64,000 nucleotides of DNA from Candidatus Dormiibacterota bacterium (GCA_036844485.1 DAIUFS010000004.1:4925-68924), one strand, 5' to 3'. Shown: positions 52,870-62,720, counted from the first letter of the stretch. Notes: generated by a model not told the origin, from the sequence alone. Numbers and translations: made by a program.

Positions 52870-54153
52870 ATGACTGAGCGCGACGATCGGCGACGCCACA
52901 CCCGGTGCTCCTTCTGCGGCAAGGGCCAGGAGCAGGTGCGCAAGCTCGTCGCCGGTCCTGGTGTATACATCTGCGACCAGTGCATCGACCTCTGCCAGGA
53001 GGTGCTGGAGGAGGACAACCGCTCCACAACGCAGAAGCGCGGCAAGGGGGGGATGATCCCCAACCCGCAGGTCATCGCCGCCTCGCTCGATCAGTACGTC
53101 ATCGGACAGGAGCACGCCAAGAAGGTGCTCTCGGTGGCGGTCTTCAACCATTACAAGCGCATCGCCCACGCCAAGTCCAACGGTGACGTGGAGCTACAAA
53201 AGTCGAATGTCCTGCTGGTGGGACCCACCGGCTGCGGCAAGACCTTGCTGGCGCAGACTCTGGCCAAGATCATCGACGTCCCCTTCTCCATCGCCGATGC
53301 CACCTCTCTCACCGAGGCGGGCTACGTCGGCGAGGATGTCGAGAACATCCTGCTGCGCCTCATCCAGGCCGCCGACTTCGACATCTCCCGCGCGGAGCGC
53401 GGAATCATCTACATCGACGAGATCGACAAGATTGCGCGCAAGTCGGACAACCCCAGCATCACCCGCGATGTCAGCGGTGAGGGCGTGCAGCAGGCCCTGC
53501 TGAAGATCCTCGAGGGCACGGTGGCCAATGTTCCCCCGCAGGGTGGACGCAAGCATCCTCACCAGGACTTCATCCAGATCAACACCACCAACATCCTCTT
53601 CATCTGCGGCGGCGCGTTCGACGGTCTGGAGCGGATCATCGAGCAGCGGGTGGGCAACCGCACCATCGGGTTCAACAGCAAGCCGCACGGCAGCCGCACC
53701 AAGGAGACCACGCGCATCCTGCGCGAGCTCCAGGCGCAGGACCTCCTCAAGTACGGCCTCATCCCCGAGTTCATCGGCCGCCTGCCGATCAACGTCTCGC
53801 TCGACTATCTCGATGAGGAGGACATCATCCGCATCCTCACCGAGCCCAAGAATGCCTTCGTCAAGCAGTACGAGAAGTTCTTCGCGCTCGACGACGTGCA
53901 GCTCGTGTTCCACGAGGGCGCGCTCAAGGCCATCGCCCACAAGGCGCTGGCGCGCGGCACCGGCGCACGCGGGTTGAAGTCGATCATCGAGGACGTCCTT
54001 CTCAACAGCATGTTCGAGGTCCCCAGCCGCCCCGACATCAAGCGGTGCGTCATCACCGAGCAGTCGATCACCGACGGAGTCGAGCCGCTTCTGCTCACCG
54101 AGGAACCGACCAAGCGCGCGGCAGCCGGCGCCGCCGCCGAGCAGTCCGCCTAG
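52870..54153 (+). CDS. clpX: ATP-dependent Clp protease ATP-binding subunit ClpX
   Basis: CSFCGK...CDQC zinc finger, GPTGCGKT Walker [10 protein letters not shown] Walker B, and an IGF loop (TIGFNSK). Confidence 0.95.
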   Translation: MTERDDRRRHTRCSFCGKGQEQVRKLVAGPGVYICDQCIDLCQEVLEEDNRSTTQKRGKGGMIPNPQVIAASLDQYVIGQEHAKKVLSVAVFNHYKRIAHAKSNGDVELQKSNVLLVGPTGCGKTLLAQTLAKIIDVPFSIADATSLTEAGYVGEDVENILLRLIQAADFDISRAERGIIYIDEIDKIARKSDNPSITRDVSGEGVQQALLKILEGTVANVPPQGGRKHPHQDFIQINTTNILFICGGAFDGLERIIEQRVGNRTIGFNSKPHGSRTKETTRILRELQAQDLLKYGLIPEFIGRLPINVSLDYLDEEDIIRILTEPKNAFVKQYEKFFALDDVQLVFHEGALKAIAHKALARGTGARGLKSIIEDVLLNSMFEVPSRPDIKRCVITEQSITDGVEPLLLTEEPTKRAAAGAAAEQSA

Positions 54154-54160
54154 CCGGTTC

Positions 54161-54742
54161 ATGACCCTGCGGGGCCGGCTGATCGCGCTCGCCGCGACAG
54201 TGGCGGTGCTCCTGGGTGGGACGATCGTGGTGCTACTGCGCTCCCGCACAGCCGATTGCACATTGGTGGCGCCGCGACCCTCTCTGGCACCTGTCCTGAG
54301 GGCGCTGGGCGACTTCGACCAGTCCTACGACGCCGGCAACGTCGCCGCCCTCGAGGACGCGGCGACTCGGGCCGCGGCGGCATTGCACCCCGACCTGATC
54401 GGCACCACCGCCGAGGCGCCCGTCGCCATCGCGGCCGCGCGGCCCGGGTCGCCCGACGCGCTGGTCGTGCCCTTGCGCTCCCACACAGCCCTGCCGAGCG
54501 CCTCGCCGCCGCTGGCAGGACTGGTGGCATTCCTGAGGGACTGCCAGGGCAACGCCTACTTCGCCACCGTGGAGGACGACGCGTCCACCCAGCCTCCGCT
54601 GGTGCAGTTCCCGTCGATCACCGGCGAGCAGGCCGCAGCGCAACTCGGATCCGCCCCAGTGCGGCTCGCGTACCTGGACTCTCCGTTCGCCCCCGAGTGG
54701 GAAACCACCGGACCGCCTGTGCGGTCACTGGCAGCACGCTGA
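54161..54742 (+). CDS. hypothetical signal-anchored/secreted protein
   Basis: 193 aa with an N-terminal hydrophobic segment (LIALAATVAVLLGGTIVVLL). No recognisable domain. Confidence 0.5.
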   Translation: MTLRGRLIALAATVAVLLGGTIVVLLRSRTADCTLVAPRPSLAPVLRALGDFDQSYDAGNVAALEDAATRAAAALHPDLIGTTAEAPVAIAAARPGSPDALVVPLRSHTALPSASPPLAGLVAFLRDCQGNAYFATVEDDASTQPPLVQFPSITGEQAAAQLGSAPVRLAYLDSPFAPEWETTGPPVRSLAAR

Positions 54743-54770
54743 TCGTGGTCGGCGGCCGCAGTCTCGGGCG

Positions 54771-54787
54771 CTCATAATCCGCCGACG
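54771..54787 (+). promoter_or_regulatory. CTCATAATCCGCCGACG motif (-10-like) upstream of the disrupted lipoprotein gene
   Basis: The CATAAT hexamer is at 54773-54778, followed by GGAGG at 54801-54805 and an ATG at 54815 (9-nt spacing). Confidence 0.4.
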
Positions 54788-54814
54788 CCGAACGCGTGCT
54801 GGAGGGTGCAGGGC

Positions 54815-55215
54815 ATGGGCTCGGAGGCACGGGTGCACCACCATCCTGGCGGCGATGGCCGGCGCCGTTCTGGCCGGTTGCGGAGCCACCGTCGCGACGT
54901 CGCCAACGCCCGCGCACGTGGTGATCACCCCATCGACCGCCAGCGCCGGTGGGGCGCTGGCGGGCTTCCTCGCCGCCGCCGCCGATGAGGACAACACCCA
55001 GGTGCCGGTCTGGCTGGCGACCCCGACCGACAGCACCGATCTCACCGAGCTCCTGCAGCCAGGTCACCGGCGTGCCGGCACGGCAGGACACCTACGCTGC
55101 GATCAACGTGGACGGCCAGTGGAAGGCTGACATCGACGTCAACGCCAGTGGCGGCCTGGATCACAATCCGCAGGCATCGCCCACAGCCGGCGCGCCGATG
55201 CCGTCACCCACCTGA
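54815..55215 (+). pseudogene. lipoprotein-like gene read in three successive frames (two apparent +1 frame changes): pseudogene or assembly indels
   Basis: The best promoter/SD/ATG lies at 54815 (frame 2). The signal peptide with lipobox (TTILAAMAGAVLAGC) is in frame 0 and has no upstream start codon. The C-terminal part (VTGVPARQDTYAAINVDGQWKADIDVNASGG) is in frame 1 from about 55060. All three segments show coding-like GC3. Confidence 0.45.
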
Positions 55216-55290
55216 CCCACATGGATCAACAGCCATGGACGCCATGGGCGGGGCTCCGCGGTGGGGGCTGCCTATACTCGGCGTCCAGCG

Positions 55291-57909
55291 ATGGAGAAGG
55301 CCTTCGACCCGCGCACCGTCGAGCCCGTCTGGCGTGCGCGCTGGGAGGAGCTCGGGATCGGCATCGCCGACGCGTCGTCCGGCCGCCCGTCGTTCACCAT
55401 CGCTCTGCCACCGCCAAACATCACCGGCGTGCTGCACCTCGGCCACGCCATGGGCTTCTCGATCCAGGACACTCTCTGCCGGCATCGCCGGATGAGCGGC
55501 TATGAGGTGGAGTGGTGCCCGGGGACCGACCACGCCGCTATCGCCACTCAGAATGTGATCGAGCGCCAGCTGGCCGCCGAGGGAACCACCAAGGAGGAGC
55601 TCGGGCGCGCCGTGTTCCAGGCCCGCGTCGATGCCTGGTACACCGAGTACGGCGGCCGCATCTTCGATCAGATGCGCCGTCTCGGCTTCACCTGCGACTG
55701 GAGCCGGGCCCGGTTCACCCTCGACGATGACTACGTGCGCGCCGTCCGCACGGCCTTCAAGGACCTCTTCGACTCGGGACTCATCTACCGCGGCCCGCGC
55801 ATCGTCAACTGGTGTCCGAACAACCTCTCGGCGATCAGCGATGAGGAGATCGATTGGCAGGAGCACACCGACACCCTGGTCCACATCCGCTATCCCATCG
55901 AGGGGGGCGGGGAGATCGTCGTCGCCACGGTCCGACCCGAGACCATGCTCGGCGATGCGGCGGTCGCCGTCGCGCCGGAAGACCCGCGCTACCAGGCGCT
56001 GGTGGGACGCAGCGTGAGGCTGCCGCTCACCGGCCGCGTCGTGCCCATCATCGAGGACGCCGCCGTGCAACCCGACTTCGGCACCGGAGCCCTCAAGGTC
56101 ACCCCCGCGCACGACCCCACCGACTATGAGATCGGCCAGCGCCACGGCCTTCCCATGATCACCGTCATCGCCGCCGACGGCACCATGGACGTTCCCGAGC
56201 TCCCCCAATTCCACGGGCTTCCGACTGACCGGGCCCGGGTCGCGGTGACTGAGGCCCTGCGCGCAACCGGCGCCGTGCTCAAGGAGGAGGTGTACGTGCA
56301 CGAGGTGGGTCATTGCGACCGCTGCGGGTATGTGCTGGAGCCGTTGATCAGCGCCCAGTGGTGGGTCCGCATGAGCGAGTTGAGCGGACCGGCCATCGCC
56401 GCGGTCGAGGCGGACGACACCACCTTCCACCCTCGGCGATACACCGACGTGTACCTGGCGTGGATGCGCAACATCCGCGATTGGTGCATCAGCCGGCAGA
56501 TCTGGCTGGGCCACGCCATCCCCGTGTCGACGTGCGCCAACGGCCACACGTTGGCGTGGATCGAGCCGCCGTCGGTGTGCGCAACCTGCGGCGACACCGC
56601 GCTCGAGAATGATCCGGACGTTCTCGACACCTGGTTCAGCAGTGCGCTCTGGCCCTATGCCATCTTCGGATGGCCCGAGCAGACCGACGATCTCAATCGC
56701 TTCTACCCGACCGACGTGTGCGTCACCGCGCGCGACATCATCTTCCTGTGGGTGGCCCGCATGATCTTCACCGGGCTCCGCTTCACCGAGCAGACTCCGT
56801 TTGCCGACGTGATCATCACCAGCACCGTACAGGCGGTCGATGGCACGAGGATGAACAAGTCCAAGGGCAATGCCGTGGATCCGCTGCCGATGATCGACAG
56901 GCATGGTGCCGACGCGGTGCGGGCCTGGGCGGCTGCGGTGGGCACCGGCGGCCAGGACGTCCGTTTCAACGAGGACCGTATCGAGAGCTACCAGCGATTC
57001 GCCAACAAGATCTGGAATGCGACCCGATTCCTGGTCACGCGCCTCGACGATGGGACCGGGCACATGAGCGCGCCCGACCCCGAACCCGCCGTCGATGATC
57101 TGCGCCCTGAGGATCGCTGGATGTTGGCGCAGGTGGCCGAAACCGTGGAAGCCGTGGACGAGGCGGTGCGCAGCTATCGCTTCCACGAGGCGGTGGAGCG
57201 TCTCTACGACGTGACCTGGCATTCCTTCTGCGACGGGTATGTGGAGATGATCAAGCCCCGGCTCCGCGACGACGCGCCCGAGGCATCCCGCCGGGCGGCG
57301 GCGCATACCGCCATCACCACCCTCGACGTGCTCTTGCGGCTGCTTCATCCGTTCATGCCCTTCATCACCGAGGAGTGCGCGCAGCGCCTGCCCAACCCCG
57401 CTTCCACCCTGCAGCGGCGGGATTGGCCGAAGGTCGCGCCGGATTGGCGCGAAGGCCTGGCCGGACCGCATCGCGCCGCCGTTGACGAGCTGCTCCAGCT
57501 GGTGCAGAGGGTGCGCGCGCTCCGCGATGAGAGCGGCGTGCCCCGAGGAGAGCGCCACCGTCTCCAGCTCCGCGGCGGTGACCCGGCCGTGGCTGGGGAG
57601 GAGAGGATCCGGCTGCTGACAGCTCTGGTTCCGGTCGAGGTCGTCAACGGCGCGCTGGACGGCGGGGTCACACTCGTCGCCGGTGGTCTCGAGGCGCGCT
57701 ACCACCTGGTGGTGGGGGAGCGCGAGCGCGCCCGGGCCCGCCGCCGGATCGGAGAGCTGCAGGCCACCATCGCCCGCCTCGACGCGCAGCTTGCCAACCA
57801 GGCCTTCACCGGCCGCGCTCGTCCCGAGGTGGTGGATGAGGTTCGCCGCCGGCTTGACGAGGCACGGCGTGAGCACGCCGCGCTGCGCGACGAAGGAGCC
57901 GGGTCGTGA
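55291..57909 (+). CDS. valS: valine--tRNA ligase
   Basis: The ATG at 55291 gives MEKAFDPRTVEPVWRARWEE. Motifs: PPPNITGVLHLGH (HIGH), KMNKSKGN (KMSKS), and a C-terminal coiled coil. Confidence 0.95.
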   Translation: MEKAFDPRTVEPVWRARWEELGIGIADASSGRPSFTIALPPPNITGVLHLGHAMGFSIQDTLCRHRRMSGYEVEWCPGTDHAAIATQNVIERQLAAEGTTKEELGRAVFQARVDAWYTEYGGRIFDQMRRLGFTCDWSRARFTLDDDYVRAVRTAFKDLFDSGLIYRGPRIVNWCPNNLSAISDEEIDWQEHTDTLVHIRYPIEGGGEIVVATVRPETMLGDAAVAVAPEDPRYQALVGRSVRLPLTGRVVPIIEDAAVQPDFGTGALKVTPAHDPTDYEIGQRHGLPMITVIAADGTMDVPELPQFHGLPTDRARVAVTEALRATGAVLKEEVYVHEVGHCDRCGYVLEPLISAQWWVRMSELSGPAIAAVEADDTTFHPRRYTDVYLAWMRNIRDWCISRQIWLGHAIPVSTCANGHTLAWIEPPSVCATCGDTALENDPDVLDTWFSSALWPYAIFGWPEQTDDLNRFYPTDVCVTARDIIFLWVARMIFTGLRFTEQTPFADVIITSTVQAVDGTRMNKSKGNAVDPLPMIDRHGADAVRAWAAAVGTGGQDVRFNEDRIESYQRFANKIWNATRFLVTRLDDGTGHMSAPDPEPAVDDLRPEDRWMLAQVAETVEAVDEAVRSYRFHEAVERLYDVTWHSFCDGYVEMIKPRLRDDAPEASRRAAAHTAITTLDVLLRLLHPFMPFITEECAQRLPNPASTLQRRDWPKVAPDWREGLAGPHRAAVDELLQLVQRVRALRDESGVPRGERHRLQLRGGDPAVAGEERIRLLTALVPVEVVNGALDGGVTLVAGGLEARYHLVVGERERARARRRIGELQATIARLDAQLANQAFTGRARPEVVDEVRRRLDEARREHAALRDEGAGS

Positions 57910-58385
57910 GCCGGGTGCTCGGCGACACCGTCTCTCTTCTTGTTGTCGGCGTCGCCGCGCTGGTCGGGTACGGGGCGGTGCTCTGGGTGGCGACCGCGTT
58001 CTTCGTCTGGAGGGACGCTCGGCGGCGCTCCGACTCGGCGCCGTTTCAGCTCTTCTCCCTCCTGCTCGGGTTCATACCTCCCTTCCTGGGCGCGCTCGTC
58101 TACCTGATGATCCGGCCACCTCGCACCCTCGACGAGGAGCGGGCGTTCGCGCTCGAGGAGCAGACGCTGCTCGAGATCGACAACGACGCGGTGCCTCTCC
58201 GCCCCTGCCCGTCGTGCGGGCGCGAGATCGAGGTGGAGTTCATCGTCTGCCCGTACTGCCGCACCCAGTTCGCACGCCGCTGCCACGGCTGCGATCGCGT
58301 GCTCCGGCTGGGATGGGCTGTGTGTCCATATTGCGCAGAGGAGGTGGGGCACGCACCGCTGGGTCGCGTCACGCGCACCGGCTGA
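57906..58385 (+). CDS. membrane protein with a PLD-nuclease-N-like TM domain and a C-terminal double zinc ribbon
   Basis: 159 aa. Two TM helices with WRDARRR...GALVYLMIR, followed by CPSCG...CPYC...CHGC...CPYC. GTGA overlap with the valS stop. Confidence 0.7.
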   Translation: MSRVLGDTVSLLVVGVAALVGYGAVLWVATAFFVWRDARRRSDSAPFQLFSLLLGFIPPFLGALVYLMIRPPRTLDEERAFALEEQTLLEIDNDAVPLRPCPSCGREIEVEFIVCPYCRTQFARRCHGCDRVLRLGWAVCPYCAEEVGHAPLGRVTRTG

Positions 58386-58394
58386 GCGGATCCC

Positions 58395-60008
58395 ATGCTG
58401 AGCGCCGGGCTCCGGCTGGTGCTGGCCGTGGCCGCGCCCCTTGTCGGCGCGGCCGCCGTGCACGAGCTGCGCCGCCACCGCGGCCTCACGCTCCTGATCA
58501 CGGTGGTCTCGATCTGCGCCTGCGCGGCGCTGACGGCGACGGTGGTATCCGGGGTGTCGGGAGGGAGTTCTCTGGAACGCGGCTTTGGCGCCGCCATCCC
58601 TGGCGTCGACGTCACCGCGCGGGCCGACCAGGCGTCCCTGGCGACCATCCTTGTGGCCTGCGTCGCCGCCCTGCTGGCGGTGCCGCGCCACCGTCGTGAC
58701 GGTGAGCGCCTCGCCGGGCTGCTTCTCTGTCTGGGCGGCATCGCCGTGGTGGCGGCCGCCGGCAACCTGGTCCTGGTCGCCGGCGGCGTCGAGGTGATCG
58801 CTGCGGGCACCCTGCTGCTGCACGGTCAGCACGGACCGGGCTCGCGGTCCGCCGCAGTTCTGGCCGGCCTCCTCGGCGCCGCCGGGCTGGCCCTTGTGGC
58901 CGCGGCCACGCAGCTGGTGTCGGCGTCGGGGAGCAGCGACCTCGCCTCTGTGCCTCCTGGGGCGATCGGGGGGGCCCTGGCAATTCCGTGGGCGCTGGGA
59001 GGCGCCGCCCTCCTTCTCTCTCCAGCGCTCCCCGGTGAGGGTGGCTCCCCGGCTCGCGACTTTGCCGCAGTCGGCGCGCTGCCCGCGGGTTACCTGGTGC
59101 TCCTCCGTCTCCAGGAGAGCGCCGGCGGCCAGCTGCCCGGCAACGCCGCGGTGACCCTCGCCATCCTGGGTGCGGCGGTTGCCGCTGTCGCCGCCTACAC
59201 GGCACGCCGGGCAGTCACGCTGGCCGCCGCCGGCCGATCGGGAATCGCCGTCCTCGCCGGCGTGCTGGTGAGCCTGTTCGGCGGCCCGCTCGCCACTGGT
59301 GGGACGGTGCTGGCCGGGCTCTTCCTGGCCATCGAGCTGGCGTTGGTCGCGGCGCCGTCGTGGGGCAGGAGGCCGTCAGGGTGGTCCGCCGCCTCGATGG
59401 CGCTCATCGCTCTCCCGGGAGGGGCCGCCTTCGCCGTGGTCGCGGTGGGGCTGGCCACGGTGGCCCATCGCGGGGCGGCCGCCTTCCCGCAGCTGGTGGT
59501 GCTCAGCGCGGTGATGGCCGCCGCCGCCATCGCCGCGGCCCGAGCGCTCGCCGTCCCGCCCCGCCGCTGGCGGCCGGTGGTCCCGGGTGCGGTGCTCGCG
59601 GTGGCCGCCGGGCTGGCCGGCGGACTCCTTCCCGGCTTGGCGCTCCACTACATCGCCACCCCGCTGGCCGGAGGGGCGGTTGCCATCGACCTCGACGGCG
59701 GTGCCCTCGGGCTGCCCGGGGGGGGCTTCGCCGGGGGCTATTTCGCGGTGGCGGCTGCCATCGCTCTGACCGCCGCCGCGGCCGCCATCGTGGTGGCCGA
59801 GGAGGAGTACATCGCGGATATGGTGTCGCAACCGCGCCCAGCGAGCGCGCCGCCACTTCGCCTGCTCCTGCGGGTGCGACGGCGTACACGCCCGGCGGCC
59901 CGGCACGCCGGAACTGCCCTTCGCCGACTCGATCACTGGCTGGAATGTCAGCCCCAGGTTCCCCTCTTCGTCACCGGGGCGGCGCTCGCTGTGCTCTTTT
60001 TTCACTGA
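58395..60008 (+). CDS. polytopic membrane protein, remotely NuoL/M/N (MrpD/HyfB/F)-like
   Basis: 537 aa, extremely Ala/Leu/Gly/Val-rich, with many predicted TM helices and strong GC3. The segment AAGNLVLVAGGVEVIAAGTLLL resembles the conserved Glu-containing TM5 of antiporter-like subunits. Confidence 0.65.
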   Translation: MLSAGLRLVLAVAAPLVGAAAVHELRRHRGLTLLITVVSICACAALTATVVSGVSGGSSLERGFGAAIPGVDVTARADQASLATILVACVAALLAVPRHRRDGERLAGLLLCLGGIAVVAAAGNLVLVAGGVEVIAAGTLLLHGQHGPGSRSAAVLAGLLGAAGLALVAAATQLVSASGSSDLASVPPGAIGGALAIPWALGGAALLLSPALPGEGGSPARDFAAVGALPAGYLVLLRLQESAGGQLPGNAAVTLAILGAAVAAVAAYTARRAVTLAAAGRSGIAVLAGVLVSLFGGPLATGGTVLAGLFLAIELALVAAPSWGRRPSGWSAASMALIALPGGAAFAVVAVGLATVAHRGAAAFPQLVVLSAVMAAAAIAAARALAVPPRRWRPVVPGAVLAVAAGLAGGLLPGLALHYIATPLAGGAVAIDLDGGALGLPGGGFAGGYFAVAAAIALTAAAAAIVVAEEEYIADMVSQPRPASAPPLRLLLRVRRRTRPAARHAGTALRRLDHWLECQPQVPLFVTGAALAVLFFH

Positions 60009-60649
60009 TGGCGCCCAACGAGCCACTTCTCGCCGGTGCCGGCTTTCTCGCGGCGGTGGTCGTCACCCTGGTCGACGGTCGCAATGCGGTGACGTACGGC
60101 GCGGTCGCCGCGGCCTTGGGGCTGGCACCGTCGGTGGCTGGCTTCTACGGAGCCGACGCCGCCCTGGTGCTGGTCGTCGCCGCGGCGGCCGCCGCCCTCA
60201 TGGGACCGCTCAGCCGCGCCGTCGCCCGCCGCGTGAGCTGGATGGCCGGAGTGGATCCCCTGGTCCCCGTGGTCGCGGGGGCCGAGGCGCTGTTCGGGCC
60301 GCGGAGCGTCCGCGTGGCCACCGCTGTCCTGGCCCTCCCCGCCGCGTCGTGGGTGAGCTTCAACGTCCCGCTGGGCTCGGCCTCGACTGTGAGCGGAGTG
60401 CTCTTCCCCGCCGCGCTTGTCTGGGGATGTGCGGCGATGCGGCTGCTCACCGCGCGGACGTTGTTGGACATCGCCGTCGGGGTCGCGGCGCTGGGGATCG
60501 CCGCGGCCGCTGCGTGGTTCCTATGCGCGGGCGTGGACACGCTCCCGGGAGCCATGACCGCGGCGTCCCTCGCTCCGGGGGCTGCCATTACCGCCGGCTG
60601 GCTGAGAGGGCGGCATGCGGTGGCGCGGCCCGCGCGGCTCTCAGCGTGA
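60008..60649 (+). CDS. polytopic membrane protein (size and topology reminiscent of HyfE/HycP)
   Basis: 213 aa from the ATG at 60008 (TGATG overlap). About 6 hydrophobic segments. The N-terminal part of ORF-track entry 59360..60649 was rejected. Confidence 0.6.
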   Translation: MAPNEPLLAGAGFLAAVVVTLVDGRNAVTYGAVAAALGLAPSVAGFYGADAALVLVVAAAAAALMGPLSRAVARRVSWMAGVDPLVPVVAGAEALFGPRSVRVATAVLALPAASWVSFNVPLGSASTVSGVLFPAALVWGCAAMRLLTARTLLDIAVGVAALGIAAAAAWFLCAGVDTLPGAMTAASLAPGAAITAGWLRGRHAVARPARLSA

Positions 60650-61893
60650 GCGTGGCCCCGGTGGCGATCACCTGGGCGGTGGCCGGCGTGGTCGGCGCCC
60701 TCCTTCTGCCTCGTACCCGCCGCCGCCGCCTGGCGGCGATCGTCCCGCTGGCCGCGGCGGTGGCGGCGCTGGCGTCGCAAGGTGGTGGCGCCGACCTGAG
60801 CGTGGCGTCTGCCCCGGGAGGGCTGCTGCTGGGACGGCCGGCCAGCGGGCTGGTGCTGTTATGCGCTCTGGCCGCCACCCTCTGCCTGCTGCTCTCACCG
60901 CCTCCCGACAGTGGCGAGGTGCTGGTCCTGGCGGCGTGCGGCGCGCTCTCAGCGGTGGCCCTGGCCACCGGATCGCCCCTGGTCTGGGGCCTCTGCTTTG
61001 TCGGAGCTACCGCGCTGCTGGGAGTGCGCTGGGTGGCTGCCGCGCCGGCGCGGGCCACGCTTGCCGCGGCTCGCGTGGCCACCCTGGGGGCGGCTGCACT
61101 GACCGCCGCGTCGCCGTTCCTCCCTGTCGACGCCGCCGCCGTCCCTCCACGCGCTCATGTGGCCGGTGCCCTCCTCGCCGGAGGGATCGCCGCCGGATTC
61201 GGGCTGGTCCCCCTGGGAGGGTGGGTCACCGGGGGAGCGCGACTGGTGCGCGGAGCCGCGCTGGCGCCCTGGGCGCTGCTGCTGCTGCCCGCTCTCCTGC
61301 TCAGCGTTCAGCCGCTCCAGTCGGTGCTTCCCATCGCGGCGCGCGGCACGTTCGGAGGCATGCTCCTGCCCGCCGGCGCCATCAGCGCCGTCTGGGCGGC
61401 GGGGCGGGGGCTCAGCGCGGCGGATGGCGAACGCTACGCGCGCGTCCTCCTCGCCGACCTCGGACTGGTGGCGATGGGTCTGGCCACCCCGCAGCCCGGC
61501 GCCCGGCTCGGTAGCCTCCTGCTCATGCTCACCCACCTTTGCGTCGGCCCGCTGCTCGTCCAGGACCCCCCGGCCGCCGGACCCCGACCGCGCCGCGTCG
61601 CCTGGGCCGCACTCAGCGGGATACCGCCCGGCCCTGCCTTCTGGGGACGCTTCGCGTTGGTGACCGCGCTCACCTCCGGGTTCGGCGGCACTGTGCTCCT
61701 TGCTGTTCTGCCGGTGACGGGAGCCGTGCTGGTGATAGCTCTGCGCGCCACCATGGCCGCCTCGGCGGCGGCGCCCACCGCCGCCCGTCCCGGCCGCGCT
61801 GTTCGCCTGGCGGCGTGGGTTCCTCCGCTCGCCGCCCTCACCGTGGGCCTGCTCCCCAGCACGTCCTTGCACGCGCTGCTCGGGGTGGGCTGA
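60646..61893 (+). CDS. polytopic membrane protein, degenerate NuoM/N (HyfD/F)-like
   Basis: The GTG at 60646 forms a GTGA overlap. LADLGLVAMGLA...LLLMLTHLCVGPLL and GIPPGPAFWGRFALV resemble the Proton_antipo_M core motifs, but with substitutions. Confidence 0.65.
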   Translation: MSVAPVAITWAVAGVVGALLLPRTRRRRLAAIVPLAAAVAALASQGGGADLSVASAPGGLLLGRPASGLVLLCALAATLCLLLSPPPDSGEVLVLAACGALSAVALATGSPLVWGLCFVGATALLGVRWVAAAPARATLAAARVATLGAAALTAASPFLPVDAAAVPPRAHVAGALLAGGIAAGFGLVPLGGWVTGGARLVRGAALAPWALLLLPALLLSVQPLQSVLPIAARGTFGGMLLPAGAISAVWAAGRGLSAADGERYARVLLADLGLVAMGLATPQPGARLGSLLLMLTHLCVGPLLVQDPPAAGPRPRRVAWAALSGIPPGPAFWGRFALVTALTSGFGGTVLLAVLPVTGAVLVIALRATMAASAAAPTAARPGRAVRLAAWVPPLAALTVGLLPSTSLHALLGVG

Positions 61894-62603
61894 TGGACCC
61901 GACCGGGCTTCTTGAGGCCGTCCTCGCCGTGGCTGTCTATCCTGGAGCCGCGTTTCTGACGCTTGCCGCCCTGGTGCACGGGCGCATGGCAGGTCGTGCC
62001 TCCGGTCTGCGCAGCCCTCGAGCCGTCCCCGCCACCCGCCTGCTCCCGGGGCTGGCCGCGACCGTTGCCACCGCCATGCTTCCCCTGGTCGGATCGCCTG
62101 CGCTCCGCCTGCCGACGGCCACCGGCGTGGCCGGGAACGTGGTCGCAGTGGCCGTCCTGCTGGCCGTCGCCGTCGACCTGGGCGTGGGCTCGCGACGGGT
62201 CTCCTCCCTCGCCGCCGCCGCCGCTGTGCCGGTGTTGGCGCTGGCGGCGGCCGGAAGCACGGTGAGTGTGCTGGCCATCAGCACCGCGGGGGGAACGACT
62301 GGCCTCGTCGCCCGCTCCCTGGCGGCCGCCGTCCTGGTCATGGCGGCCTCGGCCACCGTGGGCGGAGGCACCGCCTCGGTGGTGGCCGCCGCGCTGGCCC
62401 TGGCGGCGGCGGCACTGGTCATTCCTGCCGCTCTGCACGATGCTGCCCCGGTCGCCGGCGCCCTGGCGTCGATCGGGGTGGTGGCTCTCAGCGGGCTGCT
62501 GTCACGCCTTTTCCGTCGCGCGCCGGCGACCGGGCTCGGCGCTGCGGCCGGGGTGGCGGCGGCGGCGGGCACCGCGCTGGCGCTGCTGTCCAGTCGCGTC
62601 TGA
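61893..62603 (+). CDS. polytopic membrane protein, N-terminus reminiscent of HycD/NuoH
   Basis: The ATG at 61893 forms a TGATG overlap. 236 aa. LLEAVLAVAVYPGAAFLTLAALVHGRMAGRASG parallels the HycD/NuoH N-terminus. The protein is shorter than the canonical subunits. Confidence 0.55.
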   Translation: MDPTGLLEAVLAVAVYPGAAFLTLAALVHGRMAGRASGLRSPRAVPATRLLPGLAATVATAMLPLVGSPALRLPTATGVAGNVVAVAVLLAVAVDLGVGSRRVSSLAAAAAVPVLALAAAGSTVSVLAISTAGGTTGLVARSLAAAVLVMAASATVGGGTASVVAAALALAAAALVIPAALHDAAPVAGALASIGVVALSGLLSRLFRRAPATGLGAAAGVAAAAGTALALLSSRV

Positions 62604-62720
62604 CGCGCCGCCTCTCGTGCAGTGGTAGGATTGAATACAGCTACCCCGTGCCCACGGCACGTCGGGGGGCTGGAGGGGAGGGGTTTCAGTGTTCACCACG
62701 CCAACGCACATGGGGAGTTG

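Noticed and set aside
55204-57876. 890-aa minus-strand ORF antisense to valS, and similar long antisense ORFs at 25810..27096, 28001..29791, 36893..37915, 45436..47181 and 53194..54261
   Set aside because: Each is the antisense frame of a gene with unmistakable catalytic motifs (valS, kynU, the aldehyde dehydrogenase, leuS, treY, clpX). Their composition is dominated by Arg/Gly/Asp/His runs.
59360-60007. Upstream 216 codons of ORF-track entry 59360..60649, and similarly 60349..60645 and 61539..61892
   Set aside because: These stretches are Arg/Gly/Pro-rich out-of-frame readings of the preceding membrane gene. The hydrophobic, coding-like sequence begins exactly at the overlapping start codons 60008, 60646 and 61893.
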